A stretch of 64,000 nt of DNA from Candidatus Latescibacterota bacterium. GTDB lineage: Bacteria; Latescibacterota; UBA2968; GCA-2709665. The position numbers were made by a program, and so were the translations under genes. Below, piece after piece: positions 40,737 through 50,632 of this stretch; positions within the stretch are counted from its first letter, which is position 1, and the number at the start of each line of letters is the position of its first letter. The stretch covers positions 5,120,001 through 5,184,000 of the forward strand of contig OZ252100.1 of assembly GCA_965248435.1 (NCBI GenBank), read 5' to 3'. The notes beneath the pieces were generated by a model that searched no databases, was not told the DNA's origin, and worked only from the letters and a program-made list of their open reading frames with translations.

Positions 40737-41621
40737 ATGGTCGACATTCCCTATGTGGTATCCGAGGAAGAAAAGTACTATTTCGACCTCAGAGGCTACC
40801 TGATCATCCGTAACGTGCTTTCTCCGGAAGAAATCGGTGCCTGCAACCACGCCATCGACCAGTTTACCGACCAGATTGTGCCCGGCAACGAAATCGGGGA
40901 ACTCTCCCGGGGCTCAGAGGCTCTGGCCGGCAGCGGCCGGATCGAATTGCGCGGCATGCTCGGCTGGCCCGAACCCCACCGCAGCCCTTTCCGCAACCTA
41001 CTGATCCACCCGGTCGTCGTCTCCCGCCTCAACGAATTCTCCGGCAAGGGTTTCCGCCTGGACCACGGCCCCCTCCTCATCAGCGCCAAAAAAGGCACCG
41101 AAGGCCACTGGCTCCACGGCGGCGGCGAACCCTTCAGCCCGGCCGTCTGGTACCACCAGCAAAACGGCAAAATCTACTGCCGCGGCATCACCGTCGCCTG
41201 GCAGTTGGCCGTCTGCGGTCCCGGCGACGGCGGCTTCTGCATCGTGCCGGGAAGCCACAAACTCAGCGAACCCACGCCGGAGGAAGTCCGTTTCGCAGAA
41301 GATGATATGGACCTCATTGTCCAGCCTGAAATGGATGCCGGCGACGTCCTCTTCTTTGCCGAAACCGCCACTCACGGCGCCCTGCCCTGGAAGGCTGACC
41401 ACGACCGCAGGTCCGTCCTCTACAAATACACCTCCCGGGCCGCGGCCCGGGAGGTGGGCAAGCACTTTACGCCACAAGAGCGTTACGGCGAATGGGTCAA
41501 CGAACTCACCCCCGAACAGCAGGCTGTCCTCTACGGCCCCGGCGTGCACCACGGAGGGCGGCTGCCCCTGCTGGAGTCGGATGGGAAATCAGTGCAGATC
41601 GTGGAAATGGAGACCAAATAA
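40737..41621 (+). CDS. PhyH-family Fe(II)/2OG dioxygenase-like protein
   Basis: YFDLRGYL, GGFCIVPGSHK, GDVLFF.E...HG, RRSVLYKY. Confidence 0.88.
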   Translation: MVDIPYVVSEEEKYYFDLRGYLIIRNVLSPEEIGACNHAIDQFTDQIVPGNEIGELSRGSEALAGSGRIELRGMLGWPEPHRSPFRNLLIHPVVVSRLNEFSGKGFRLDHGPLLISAKKGTEGHWLHGGGEPFSPAVWYHQQNGKIYCRGITVAWQLAVCGPGDGGFCIVPGSHKLSEPTPEEVRFAEDDMDLIVQPEMDAGDVLFFAETATHGALPWKADHDRRSVLYKYTSRAAAREVGKHFTPQERYGEWVNELTPEQQAVLYGPGVHHGGRLPLLESDGKSVQIVEMETK

Positions 41622-42534
41622 TGGACGCCAAAGAACGCTACCTCTGGGATTTGAACGGGCACCTGATTGTCTGCAACGTCCTCAGCGAGGAGGATCTCAA
41701 AGCCGCAAACGATGCCATCGACTTCTGCGCCGACCGCATCGTGCCGGGCGATGAAAACCGCCTTTCCAGAGGCTCCACGTTCTGCAGGGCCTGGGGCGTC
41801 CCGGATTGCAGGGCACCAACCTGCTCGACATCGAAAAACCATACTGCGACATCTTCCGCAAACTGCTCGTCCACCCCGCCGTCATCTCCCGCCTGAAAGT
41901 CATGTGCGGCACAGGCTTCCGTCTCGACCACGGCCCCCAGTTTATCGGCGGTATCAAAGGCACCTCCGGGCACGCCCTCCACGGCTCCGGAGCCCCCCAC
42001 AAACCCTACGTGGCCTATCGCAACCGGAACGGTGAAATGCACTGCGCCGGCGTCACCGTCTCCTGGCAACTGGTCGAAGTGCCTGAAGGCAAAGGCGGGT
42101 TCGCCTGCGTGCCCGGCTCTCACAAATCCGACTTCGACATGCCCGAAGGCGTGCGCACCGTGGACGACGACATGGGCACCTCCATCAACCCCGAAGCCCA
42201 CCCCGGCGACGTTGTCTTCTTTATGGACGGGGCTCAGACCCACGGCACATATCCCTGGGTGAACGACCACGAGCGCCGTTCCATCCTTTACAAATTCGCC
42301 TCCCGTACCGCCGTTCGCTCAGGTGTCTCCGTCCAGATTGCTCCCCCGGAGATCTACTGGGATGAAAACATCGTCGACGGCATGACGCCGGAAGAGCGTG
42401 CTGTCATGTATGGCCCCTGCTCGGGCCACGGAGGCGTCGTCCCCTCCCTCGATGTCACAGAAGACGGCACCGTCATCGTGGAAGGTGGAGACGAGACCAA
42501 AGCACCCCCGACGCCTGATGGACCTCCGCAATGA
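41621..42534 (+). pseudogene. Second PhyH-family paralog with apparent 1-nt frameshift near 41780
   Basis: MDAKERYLWDLNGHL..SRGST switches frame to LQGLGRP..DHGP..PGSHKS..THGT. Confidence 0.8.
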
Positions 42535-42854
42535 CGGTCACAGGGAAGCCACTCGGGCGGGGTAGAGCTATCCTGATTACACAGCCTCCCGCTTAATCCC
42601 TCTCTGTTTCCCCATTTACATAACATCCAGTTCTGACTCAACCTCCTGGCACCCTCTTTGCCTGTCTGTAATGCAAAAGGAGGGTGCCAATGTTTTGCCC
42701 GGAAGAACTACGACGCCAGACTGATTGAAGACTTGGAGCGGGCTTGTGACAATGGTCACTTATTTTGGTAGCATGGTTTTGCATCCTGTCTATATTGAGA
42801 AATCCGGCCTCAGTTCATAAGTGACCCCAACCCTACAGGACGGAGGAACCAGCC

Positions 42855-44393
42855 ATGCGATACTCTCGACTTAAGTGGGTTTTGCCCATCGTAGTCTGCA
42901 CTTTGGCCGTTGTGACATCTGCTTATGCTCAGGTAAGAAGGGCGCCTCCGCCTCCGGGTAGACAGACACAGCAGGACTCTGTTACCGAGATCAAAGAGTT
43001 GAAACGCCAGATTGACCAACTGATGGGTAAACTCCCCCCCAACGTACAGGACGAGCTTGAAAAGGAACTGGCACAACCTCCTGGACCGCTCTCTCGCGGG
43101 CAGCCCCCTCAGACAGGCCGACCGCTGCCGTCGGACCAAGAGGCGGTGAAGCGTAAGATCCTTACGCTGAAGGATGAGATGGACAAACTGATGAGCAAGC
43201 TGCCACCGCGCACACAGGCCGAGCTCAAGCAGGAGCTGGCACAACCTCCGGAATCACCCCAGAAACCGGGTAGACCACAGCCGGGCCGAGGATCTCCACA
43301 GCTCGGAGGAACGCAGCTGGCTCCGCCACGGCCTGGTGCCCCGCAGCCAGGTTCACAGCAGCAACCCGGAGCTCCGCCGATTGGCGGAACTCAGCCCGGT
43401 CTGCCACAGCCTGGCCATGGTTCCCCCCAGTTCGGCAGACCTCAGCCGGGCCCACCTCAGCCGGGTACAAAGCATGCCGGTCCACCCGGAAAATCCCAGC
43501 CAGGTGCCCAGCGGCCTGGTGTGACGGAGGCCGGTCCACCCAGGCCCGGCGTCCAACCGTCTGGACCCCAGCCGGCGCCTCAGCAGCCTCCACCCCAGAA
43601 AACGGGCGTCCAACCGTCTGGACAACCCGCCCTCCTGATCGACGAGGAGTGCGCGTTCGTGAGCAGCACCTCGATGGGGGAAGTCCCCCCCAGAAGTAAT
43701 GTGGTCCCGCCACTCACGGTCGAGGTGGAGGGGGGCAGGATCCCCAACAAACTATTCCGGTGGATCGAGGACTCTTTTGCCGGCAGCGGAGTCGCGACCA
43801 GATCGGGTGAGATCCACATCATCCGCATCTCAGACTACGAATCGATGGCCGTCCGCGAATTCCAGAACGCCCACATCTCGAGCGTCACCTTTTCCGCGCT
43901 GGACGCCAATAGCCTCGATCCAACCCGCATCACGGTTGCTTTCAACCCTGAGAGCATCGTCAATAAGGCGGGCACCGGCAAGACCTCCAGTCCGCCAGGG
44001 TGGCCAGGGCAGAAAGGTAGGACATACTTTCGCGTGACCTTGGATGGGTTACCAACCAGCCACGTGTCACGGATCGAGTCGTTCGCCTGGAGTCGAGACT
44101 TGGATGGGAACACGGTCACGGTCCCGGAGCTCGAGCTGACCATCTCAATGATCGACTATGATGTCTACTTGGAAAAATTCGAAGCGTTTGTGATCTCCGG
44201 TAACCTTGGGACCGAACAGGAACTTGCCGGCAGTCTGGAACTCCTCGCCGGTAATCTTAAGACCGTTCTGGCCACTATTGAGCTGGGGGGCGTCACGCCC
44301 GTCTCCATCGACATCGGCAAATTTGAGGCGAGCAAGGAAGCAATGGCCCGCTTCAAGGTCCGTCTCAATGTCGGTAGCATGCGGTTCAAATAG
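42855..44393 (+). CDS. Secreted protein: signal peptide, duplicated helical unit, Pro/Gln/Gly-rich linker, C-terminal tandem gp19/Hcp-like tail-tube domains
   Basis: RBS GGAGG; AYA cleavage site; LF.WI..SF..RSGEI..REF.NA.ISSVTF.ALDA and FRV.LDGL...VSRIESF..P.L.LT..G..EQE..GSLELL patterns recalled from tandem tube proteins. Confidence 0.65.
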   Translation: MRYSRLKWVLPIVVCTLAVVTSAYAQVRRAPPPPGRQTQQDSVTEIKELKRQIDQLMGKLPPNVQDELEKELAQPPGPLSRGQPPQTGRPLPSDQEAVKRKILTLKDEMDKLMSKLPPRTQAELKQELAQPPESPQKPGRPQPGRGSPQLGGTQLAPPRPGAPQPGSQQQPGAPPIGGTQPGLPQPGHGSPQFGRPQPGPPQPGTKHAGPPGKSQPGAQRPGVTEAGPPRPGVQPSGPQPAPQQPPPQKTGVQPSGQPALLIDEECAFVSSTSMGEVPPRSNVVPPLTVEVEGGRIPNKLFRWIEDSFAGSGVATRSGEIHIIRISDYESMAVREFQNAHISSVTFSALDANSLDPTRITVAFNPESIVNKAGTGKTSSPPGWPGQKGRTYFRVTLDGLPTSHVSRIESFAWSRDLDGNTVTVPELELTISMIDYDVYLEKFEAFVISGNLGTEQELAGSLELLAGNLKTVLATIELGGVTPVSIDIGKFEASKEAMARFKVRLNVGSMRFK

Positions 44394-44625
44394 CCTGAAT
44401 CCAACGGAGACAACAACCAGAGCAGCAGCATCAGACTAGACCCTAGAATCCAGCCGGGACGAGAATCCCAATGAAAGGCGGCGGGACAGAATCTTCTCCT
44501 CACCTTCAAATCGGCCTGTAGGACGGACTTCCATTTGGCCTGGCAAACACATCTCGCGCTGGCCTCCCACCAGCCCGCCTGGAGGTTCTTGACTCACCAT
44601 ATTCAGTTGTCAAAGAGCAGATCCG

Positions 44626-44684
44626 CGGTATACCACTTCGGCCCGTTCGGTGTTCACGCACCGGCGGGCCTTTCTCTTTGCTTA
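44626..44684 (+). terminator. 59-bp terminator-containing direct repeat, copy 1
   Basis: GGCCCG.TCGGTG..CACCGGCGGGCC-TTTCTCTTT; near-identical at 45757-45815. Confidence 0.75.
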
Positions 44685-44814
44685 GATTCGCCACTTCTTC
44701 TGGGCTCTGGAATCACTATATTGAGTGATCACTGTCACGTGCTTTTTTGGTTTAAATGCGTAAACTAAACGTGCTTTCCGAGTCTTGCAGGAAACCCAAA
44801 AGGAGGAACATGCC

Positions 44815-45729
44815 ATGCGAACCCATAAATTACCCTTGGTCTTGACCCTTACGATTCTCCCTTTAATCATTTCCACACCAAGCAAAGCAGCCGACTTACG
44901 AACAGACCGATACGAACAAAAAGCAGTTCTGTTGATTGGGGGCCAAGATCCAAACGCAATCCGTGTTAATCTGGGGGAAAAGGTGCAAACCAGGTCCTCT
45001 GGGCAGCGTGTTGTGGAAACAAACCAGGGCCGGCTGCTTGATTTCAGCGTTTATATCGATCTAACATTCCCTACATCATCACTATCCAGTTGGATACATG
45101 AATCGGTTACCAAAGGAGTCGCCAGCACAAGGCTTGTCGAGCTCACAAGTTATGACCCCGCTTTGGGTAAAATGCGTCAGGATGTGTTCCCCAGCAACTA
45201 TGTCATCTCGCGGGTTATCTTCCCCATGTTAAACGCTAAGAGCAGCTCCCAAGCCGAAATGTCGGTCCAGATCATCCCCAGCGGTCTCCCGTTAGGCTCA
45301 GGAGGGGGAGGGGGATCTACTGGGCGTGTTGAACATAAAACCCAGACGCTGATTAGTGAGAGAGACTTCAGTGTGGAAAACAACATCGGTCTGCCTGAGG
45401 ACGTGCAAGTCCAAGCCGTTAGCCATCTGACCTGGCAGAAGGAAGGTGGCCAGGTCCAGATTTCACCGGTTCAATTGACACTACTCTTGACCAAAGACGT
45501 TGCAAAGGCCTTCTCTGACCTCATGACGAAAGTTCGCATAGGTGGCTTGCTGCGAGGTAGCATTACCCTGCATCTGATGAACCCGATGACCAGGTTGCCG
45601 ATGTATTCGATCGAGCTGCATAATCTGACGCTTGTTTCATTCCAGCAGTCTCAATTGATGGATCGATCCGGTCTCCTCTCCGGTGAGATGGTAATAAAAC
45701 CCGCACAGGTCATTTTTACTTCCCGTTGA
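44815..45729 (+). CDS. Secreted protein, divergent paralog of the tandem tube-like region of 42855..44393
   Basis: RBS AAGGAGG; signal peptide; LSSWI..S..G...R, ISRV.FP.LNA.S, Gly linker, F.V....GLP, GSI.L..L....I.L. Confidence 0.55.
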   Translation: MRTHKLPLVLTLTILPLIISTPSKAADLRTDRYEQKAVLLIGGQDPNAIRVNLGEKVQTRSSGQRVVETNQGRLLDFSVYIDLTFPTSSLSSWIHESVTKGVASTRLVELTSYDPALGKMRQDVFPSNYVISRVIFPMLNAKSSSQAEMSVQIIPSGLPLGSGGGGGSTGRVEHKTQTLISERDFSVENNIGLPEDVQVQAVSHLTWQKEGGQVQISPVQLTLLLTKDVAKAFSDLMTKVRIGGLLRGSITLHLMNPMTRLPMYSIELHNLTLVSFQQSQLMDRSGLLSGEMVIKPAQVIFTSR

Positions 45730-45756
45730 TTCGGTAGTCCATGGGCAGATGGGCAT

Positions 45757-45815
45757 CGGTATACCGCTTAGGCCCGCTCGGTGTTCACGCACCGGCGGGC
45801 CTTTCTCTTTGCTTA
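45757..45815 (+). terminator. 59-bp terminator-containing direct repeat, copy 2
   Basis: See 44626-44684. Confidence 0.75.
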
Positions 45816-45980
45816 AATTTTCGGAAAGGGACAGGCGGGAGGGTGCGGTTCAGGTGAAAATGGCGCTACTGGCCGTGGAGGAGGATAATATTTGACATTG
45901 CGCCGAGACGGTGGTAAATAAATCTCACAGAGTAAGTGATGTCATGCGTGGACCAGAACAAACAGAGGGGAGGACTAAGC

Positions 45981-46355
45981 GTGAACCGCCTAATTACAAT
46001 GAGCACCCTGCTAACCAGTCTGACCTTGATCTGTGCTCCTAAGTCAGCAACAGCTCAAGATCCGGCAAAGGCGTCACCAACCAATTATAAGGTCGTGTTG
46101 GAGAATGATCGTGTTCGAGTTCTGGAGATGAGACTTCATCCTGGGGAAAAGGATAACAAGCACTCACACCCGTCTGAGATTGTTTATTTCGTTCACCCGG
46201 CCAAGGTGAAAATCACGCTTCCAGATGGAGAAACCATAGATGCGGAACTCAAGAAAGGTCACGTGATGTTTCACGATGCGTGGACACACACAGTACAAAA
46301 TGTAGGCACAGAGGAACTACTTGCGATTATCGTGGAGTTAAAGGAGATGCCGTAG
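45981..46355 (+). CDS. Exported small cupin
   Basis: Signal peptide; YKVVLENDRVRVL..PGE....HSHP..HTV.NVG..ELK. Confidence 0.85.
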   Translation: MNRLITMSTLLTSLTLICAPKSATAQDPAKASPTNYKVVLENDRVRVLEMRLHPGEKDNKHSHPSEIVYFVHPAKVKITLPDGETIDAELKKGHVMFHDAWTHTVQNVGTEELLAIIVELKEMP

Positions 46356-46612
46356 GGATCTTTCTGGATTTTGCTGTTGGATGACAATTCGAGAGTGAAC
46401 CCCCAGTGGGGGAACAAAACCAGAGTCTTCCGATATGACTTGACAGGCCTATTCAGGCAGTTGCAAATTACCCCTCGGCGGCGTCCCTTTGTATGGAATC
46501 TGTGGTGGTGCATATTGGGGACTGCCGAATGTAAGAACTCTTGAAACCCAGACGGTGTCCCTGATGTCGGGATGTCTTCTGGGTTCTTCGTCTTTACAGG
46601 GAAACTAAAAGT

Positions 46613-47629
46613 TTGACCGAAACCATTCTCGCTGACGGATACCCCGCCCTGAGCGCAGAGGTCACCCGTCTCCTCCAGGAGGGAAAGGTGCGAGCGGTCG
46701 CGGCGGTGGAGCGTGAAACGCTGGTGACCTATCACGGGATCGGGCGCGTGGTGAGCGAGTACCTGCTGGCGCACCCCGCGGGCTACGGCGAGCAGACGAT
46801 GACGCGACTTGCGTCAGACGCAGGGCTTAGCAGGTCTATAATTTACGAAGCCGTTGATTTTTATAGATTTAGACCAAAATTCCATGCGCGTGGAAAATTG
46901 GTCTGGACGCATTATCGAGCCCTCCTCAGGCTGCCGACGGACGCGGAGCGTGACGCGGGTGAGGCAGCGGCCCTGAAGCACTCCTGGAGCGTGCGCGAGC
47001 TGGAGGCGCAGATCAGGGCAGGGGCGATCGCGCCCGCTGCCCGGGCGTCTCGCGAGGTCGCGCCGACCCATCCCCTCGCAGCGCTTCGCGGGCAGTTTTA
47101 CACCTACAAGCTGATCGAGGGGAGCGAACCCGGTGATGGGTTACGGTTGGACCTGGGATTCGGGATACAGCTCGCCTGGCCGATTCCGGAAGAGGAGAGG
47201 TATAGAGCGGGGCAATTCGTGACCGCGTCGCGCGAAGCAGATGAGGCCTACTGCTTCGTTCAGGTCACCGACCGGACCGCCGCGTTCTACACGTATCGAG
47301 CGAAAGTCCTCAGGGTGATCGACGGAGATACGGTCTGGCTGGACATCGACTGCGGGTTCAGGGTGTGGACGCGCCAGAAGGTGCGCCTCCGGGGCATCGA
47401 TACTCCGGAGATCGAGACCGCGGAAGGCGTCCAGGCGCGAGACTTTGTCGTGGACGCGCTGAAGGGCCTGCCGTTCGTCGCGGTCACCACGACGAAGCCG
47501 GACAAGTACGATCGATACCTGGCCGATCTGTTCTACCTGGCTGGAGAAGAGGACAAAGAGGGGGTGCTCAAGGAAGGGGCATTTCTGAATCGCGAGCTCG
47601 TGCAGGCGGGGTTCGCCAGGAGAGTCTAG
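46613..47629 (+). CDS. DUF1016(YhcG)-N-like domain fused to a thermonuclease (SNase) domain
   Basis: Y..IGR..YG......LA, L.WTHYRALL..WSVREL..QI; VLRVIDGDT, VRLRGIDTPE, DKYDRYLA, LN.ELV..G.A. Confidence 0.85.
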   Translation: MTETILADGYPALSAEVTRLLQEGKVRAVAAVERETLVTYHGIGRVVSEYLLAHPAGYGEQTMTRLASDAGLSRSIIYEAVDFYRFRPKFHARGKLVWTHYRALLRLPTDAERDAGEAAALKHSWSVRELEAQIRAGAIAPAARASREVAPTHPLAALRGQFYTYKLIEGSEPGDGLRLDLGFGIQLAWPIPEEERYRAGQFVTASREADEAYCFVQVTDRTAAFYTYRAKVLRVIDGDTVWLDIDCGFRVWTRQKVRLRGIDTPEIETAEGVQARDFVVDALKGLPFVAVTTTKPDKYDRYLADLFYLAGEEDKEGVLKEGAFLNRELVQAGFARRV

Positions 47630-47640
47630 ACAAGCTTCTT

Positions 47641-47707
47641 TCTTTGGCGATTGCGTAACTGCTACTATTTTGCTACCGTTTGGATGACTTGATGCGGACT
47701 CAACCCC
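47641..47707 (+). repeat. Tail-only remnant of the tRNA-att repeat
   Basis: ATTGCG..CTGCT....TTTTGCTACCGTTTGGAT.ACTTGATGCG matches the unit 2 tail. Confidence 0.75.
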
Positions 47708-47743
47708 ATGGCAAATGCCTACACACATCAGTGTGGTATCCCG

Positions 47744-48556
47744 ATGCGACTCATGTATGCGTTCTCAGTGCTGATTGCTGGCCTTTTGATTTCTTGCGAA
47801 GGCAAACAGGGACCGACGGGTCCAGAAAATCTCACTTTCGCTGATCTGAATCTTGAGGCGGCCGTTCGGGCCTCGATCTCGCAGCCAACAGGAGATATCC
47901 TATCATCGGACGTCTCTGGACTTACCAGTCTAAATGCTAGTAGCAGAGGCATCGTGAGCCTGGATGGGATCGAAAACCTCACCGTGCTGGACTCGCTCAA
48001 TCTCCTTAACAATCAGATCAGCGAACTGTCCGCATTGTCAGGCCTTACCTCACTGAAGAGTCTCGATCTTGGTATCAATCAGATCAGCGAACTGTCCGCA
48101 TTGTCAGGCCTTACCTCACTGAAGAGTCTCGATCTTGGTATCAATGAGATCAGCGACATCTCTGCGCTGTCAGGCCTCACCTCGCTGGGGTCGCTCTATC
48201 TCTTTAACAATCAGATCAGCGAACTGTCCGCATTATCAGGCCTCACCGGGCTCAGGGATCTCCGTCTGTTCAACAACGAGATCAGCGACATCTCAGCGTT
48301 GTCGAGCCTCACCTCGCTGGAGATTCTCTATCTGAATAAGAACGAGATCAGTGACATCTCTGCGTTGTCAGGTCTCACCGCGCTGGAGGTTCTCAGTATC
48401 GAGACCAATGAGATCAGCGATATCTCAGGACTCGTCAACAACGAGGGACTCGGCTCAGGAGATTTGGTGGGCCTATCTCCTAACCCTCTGAGCGAGGAGG
48501 CGCTATCGGTTCAAATCCCGGCACTCAAGGCACGGGGGGTGACGGTTATCAATTAG
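47744..48556 (+). CDS. Internalin-type LRR lipoprotein
   Basis: Lipobox LISC; 22-aa N.IS..SALSGLT.L..L.L repeats. Confidence 0.9.
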   Translation: MRLMYAFSVLIAGLLISCEGKQGPTGPENLTFADLNLEAAVRASISQPTGDILSSDVSGLTSLNASSRGIVSLDGIENLTVLDSLNLLNNQISELSALSGLTSLKSLDLGINQISELSALSGLTSLKSLDLGINEISDISALSGLTSLGSLYLFNNQISELSALSGLTGLRDLRLFNNEISDISALSSLTSLEILYLNKNEISDISALSGLTALEVLSIETNEISDISGLVNNEGLGSGDLVGLSPNPLSEEALSVQIPALKARGVTVIN

Positions 48557-48638
48557 GATTCCCACTTTTGCCAAGAGGCACGATGGATGAAGGTCGATCC
48601 CACCCGATCCTGGCGGCCTGCTCAGGTCTGGAGGACCT

Positions 48639-49364
48639 ATGCCAGAAAACGAAATAAGATTGGGAAAGCTGACTCGAAGGGAATTCCGAGAAGCGCACGA
48701 GGCGGGGCGTTTCAGCTCGGCGATCATCCCCACGGGATCCCTGGAGCAACACCTTGAACACCTGGCGATGGAGCACGATACGGCCTCCGCGTGCACCATC
48801 GCAGAGGAAGTCGCAAAGCGACTCTATCCCCAGGTCGTGGTCTGCGCCCCGTTGATGGTCGGGGTATCGGAGCACCACATGGCCCACAAGGGGACGATAT
48901 CGATCAAGGTGTCGACTTTCCTGGGCGTCCTGTTCGATACCGTCGAGAGCCTGGTAAGACACGGCGTGAGGAACATCCTCATCCTGAACGCGCACGGCGG
49001 TAACGTCGGCCCGATAGAAAGCGCGCTCCGGCAGTGGTTGCTCCATTTTCAGCTGACATCCCGAGAAGTGAATCTCCAGTTCTGTTCATACTGGGACCTT
49101 CTGGACGAAGCGTTCACGAGTCGACACCTGGAAACCAGGTCCTTCCCGGGCCACGCGACGGAGTTTGAAACCGCCTTCGCACTGGCGGCGAATCCCGAGA
49201 ACGTGCGCCTGGACGCCGTGGCAGGCCAGGATGTGGAGGGACCCGCCGAAGCGACTGCAGAGAAGGGCAGGGCCCTCGTGGAAGAGTCTGTACGCCGGGT
49301 GACGGCATTCGTGTCTGAGATGATTGACGGCAGGATTCAGGCGGAAGCGTTGAAGCACCACTAG
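48639..49364 (+). CDS. Creatininase-family amidohydrolase
   Basis: IIPTGSLEQH..HL...D, S.HH, LNAHGGN, HA.EFET. Confidence 0.92.
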   Translation: MPENEIRLGKLTRREFREAHEAGRFSSAIIPTGSLEQHLEHLAMEHDTASACTIAEEVAKRLYPQVVVCAPLMVGVSEHHMAHKGTISIKVSTFLGVLFDTVESLVRHGVRNILILNAHGGNVGPIESALRQWLLHFQLTSREVNLQFCSYWDLLDEAFTSRHLETRSFPGHATEFETAFALAANPENVRLDAVAGQDVEGPAEATAEKGRALVEESVRRVTAFVSEMIDGRIQAEALKHH

Positions 49365-49399
49365 AGACCCTCCTTCCTTTTCGCAGCGAGGCAAAAGCA

Positions 49400-50506
49400 A
49401 TGAAAATCAACCGTGTCGATCTCTACGAAGTGGACGTGCCCGACCGTCCCTGGGCCTGGTCGGACGAGGTGTTCGGAATGCCGGCCCACCGGAAACACAC
49501 GATTCTTTTTCTCGTGGTCCGCACCGACGCCGGGGTAGACGGACTGGGTGAGGTGCCCCTGACGTTCGGCCGGGAGCTGGTGGAAGCGGAGGTGGCCGGG
49601 TGGGTGGGACGCGATCCGCTCAGCCTAGACCTCGCGGCCGCGACTTCGATGTCTGAACCCGACGCGGCATCTGTCGCGATACGGCGCGCCCTGGAATGTG
49701 CGGTCCTGGACATCAGGGGCAAGGTGCAGGGCTGTCCGGTGTCGGACCTGCTGGGCGGGGCGGTGCGCGAGCGGATACCGGTCTCTCTCTGCACGGGATA
49801 CAAGACGGTCGAGAACACGGCCAGGGATGCGGTGTGGGGCTGGGAGCAGGGGTTCCGTACCTATAAGATGAAGTGTATCGTGGAGGAGGAACTCCCCGAT
49901 CTGAGGGATCGGGTGGCCTATGTCGCCGACCGGGTGGAGGCGATCCATCGCGAGGTCCCGGAGATGGCGGTGCGCCCCGACATCCGCCGCCGTCTGAAAG
50001 AGGTCTGGGCAGCCGAGGAGCTGGCCCGGCGGCTGGAGGGACACTGCGTGGACTGTCTGGAGAGCCCGATCACGACCGGGGCGGAGGACGGCACGTTTTC
50101 GGAGTGGCGCCGCCTGCGAGGGCTCATTTCGTTCCCGATCGCCGAACACGCAGCGGAGGACCTCGCGCGGACCATGCGGTCGGCGGATGCCGTGGACTAC
50201 GTGATCATCAGCGCACATACGGCCGCAGAGAAGGTCCGCACGGCCGCGACCGTGGAGACGCTCGGGCTTCAGGCTTGGGTCCAGTCCATAGGGCTGGGGG
50301 TGGACAACGCCCTTGCCCTGCACCTGTGCGCCGCCGGAAAGAGTCTGACCCGTCCCAACGACATCGTCGGCCTCTGGGCCAAGGAAGACGACTGCGTGCG
50401 GGAGGCGTTCTCCGTAGAGGAAGGCACGGTCGCCGCGCCCGGGGGACCCGGCCTGGGGGTGACCCTGGACATGGAGGCCGTGGAACGATACGCAGTGGGC
50501 CGATGA
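49400..50506 (+). CDS. Mandelate racemase/muconate lactonizing enzyme family
   Basis: TDAG..G.GE, LDI.GK..G.PV..LLGG, KMK, PGLGV.LD. Confidence 0.9.
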   Translation: MKINRVDLYEVDVPDRPWAWSDEVFGMPAHRKHTILFLVVRTDAGVDGLGEVPLTFGRELVEAEVAGWVGRDPLSLDLAAATSMSEPDAASVAIRRALECAVLDIRGKVQGCPVSDLLGGAVRERIPVSLCTGYKTVENTARDAVWGWEQGFRTYKMKCIVEEELPDLRDRVAYVADRVEAIHREVPEMAVRPDIRRRLKEVWAAEELARRLEGHCVDCLESPITTGAEDGTFSEWRRLRGLISFPIAEHAAEDLARTMRSADAVDYVIISAHTAAEKVRTAATVETLGLQAWVQSIGLGVDNALALHLCAAGKSLTRPNDIVGLWAKEDDCVREAFSVEEGTVAAPGGPGLGVTLDMEAVERYAVGR

Positions 50507-50521
50507 AGGGGGCGACGAGTT

Positions 50522-50614
50522 GGTTCGAATCCCCGCTTCGGGACCCATGAAAAAACAAAGGGTTACGTCATTGAGACGTAACCCCTTTTTAGTGCCAATT
50601 GCGCCACTGCTACC
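50522..50614 (+). repeat. Degenerate tRNA-Leu 3'-end copy + conserved tail, unit 3
   Basis: GGTTCGAATCCCCGCTTCGGGACCC..AAAGGGTTACGTCATTGAGACGTAACCCCTTTTT..GCCAATTGCGCCACTGCTACC. Confidence 0.9.
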
Positions 50615-50632
50615 GGCATACCGGAGACCGCG

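Noticed and set aside
42764-42784. Sigma-54 site TGGTAGCATGGTTTTGCA
   Set aside because: The GG-GC spacing is not 10 nt.
42855-45729. Prophage or intact eCIS/T6SS
   Set aside because: No sheath, baseplate, VgrG/PAAR, terminase or capsid genes in the window.
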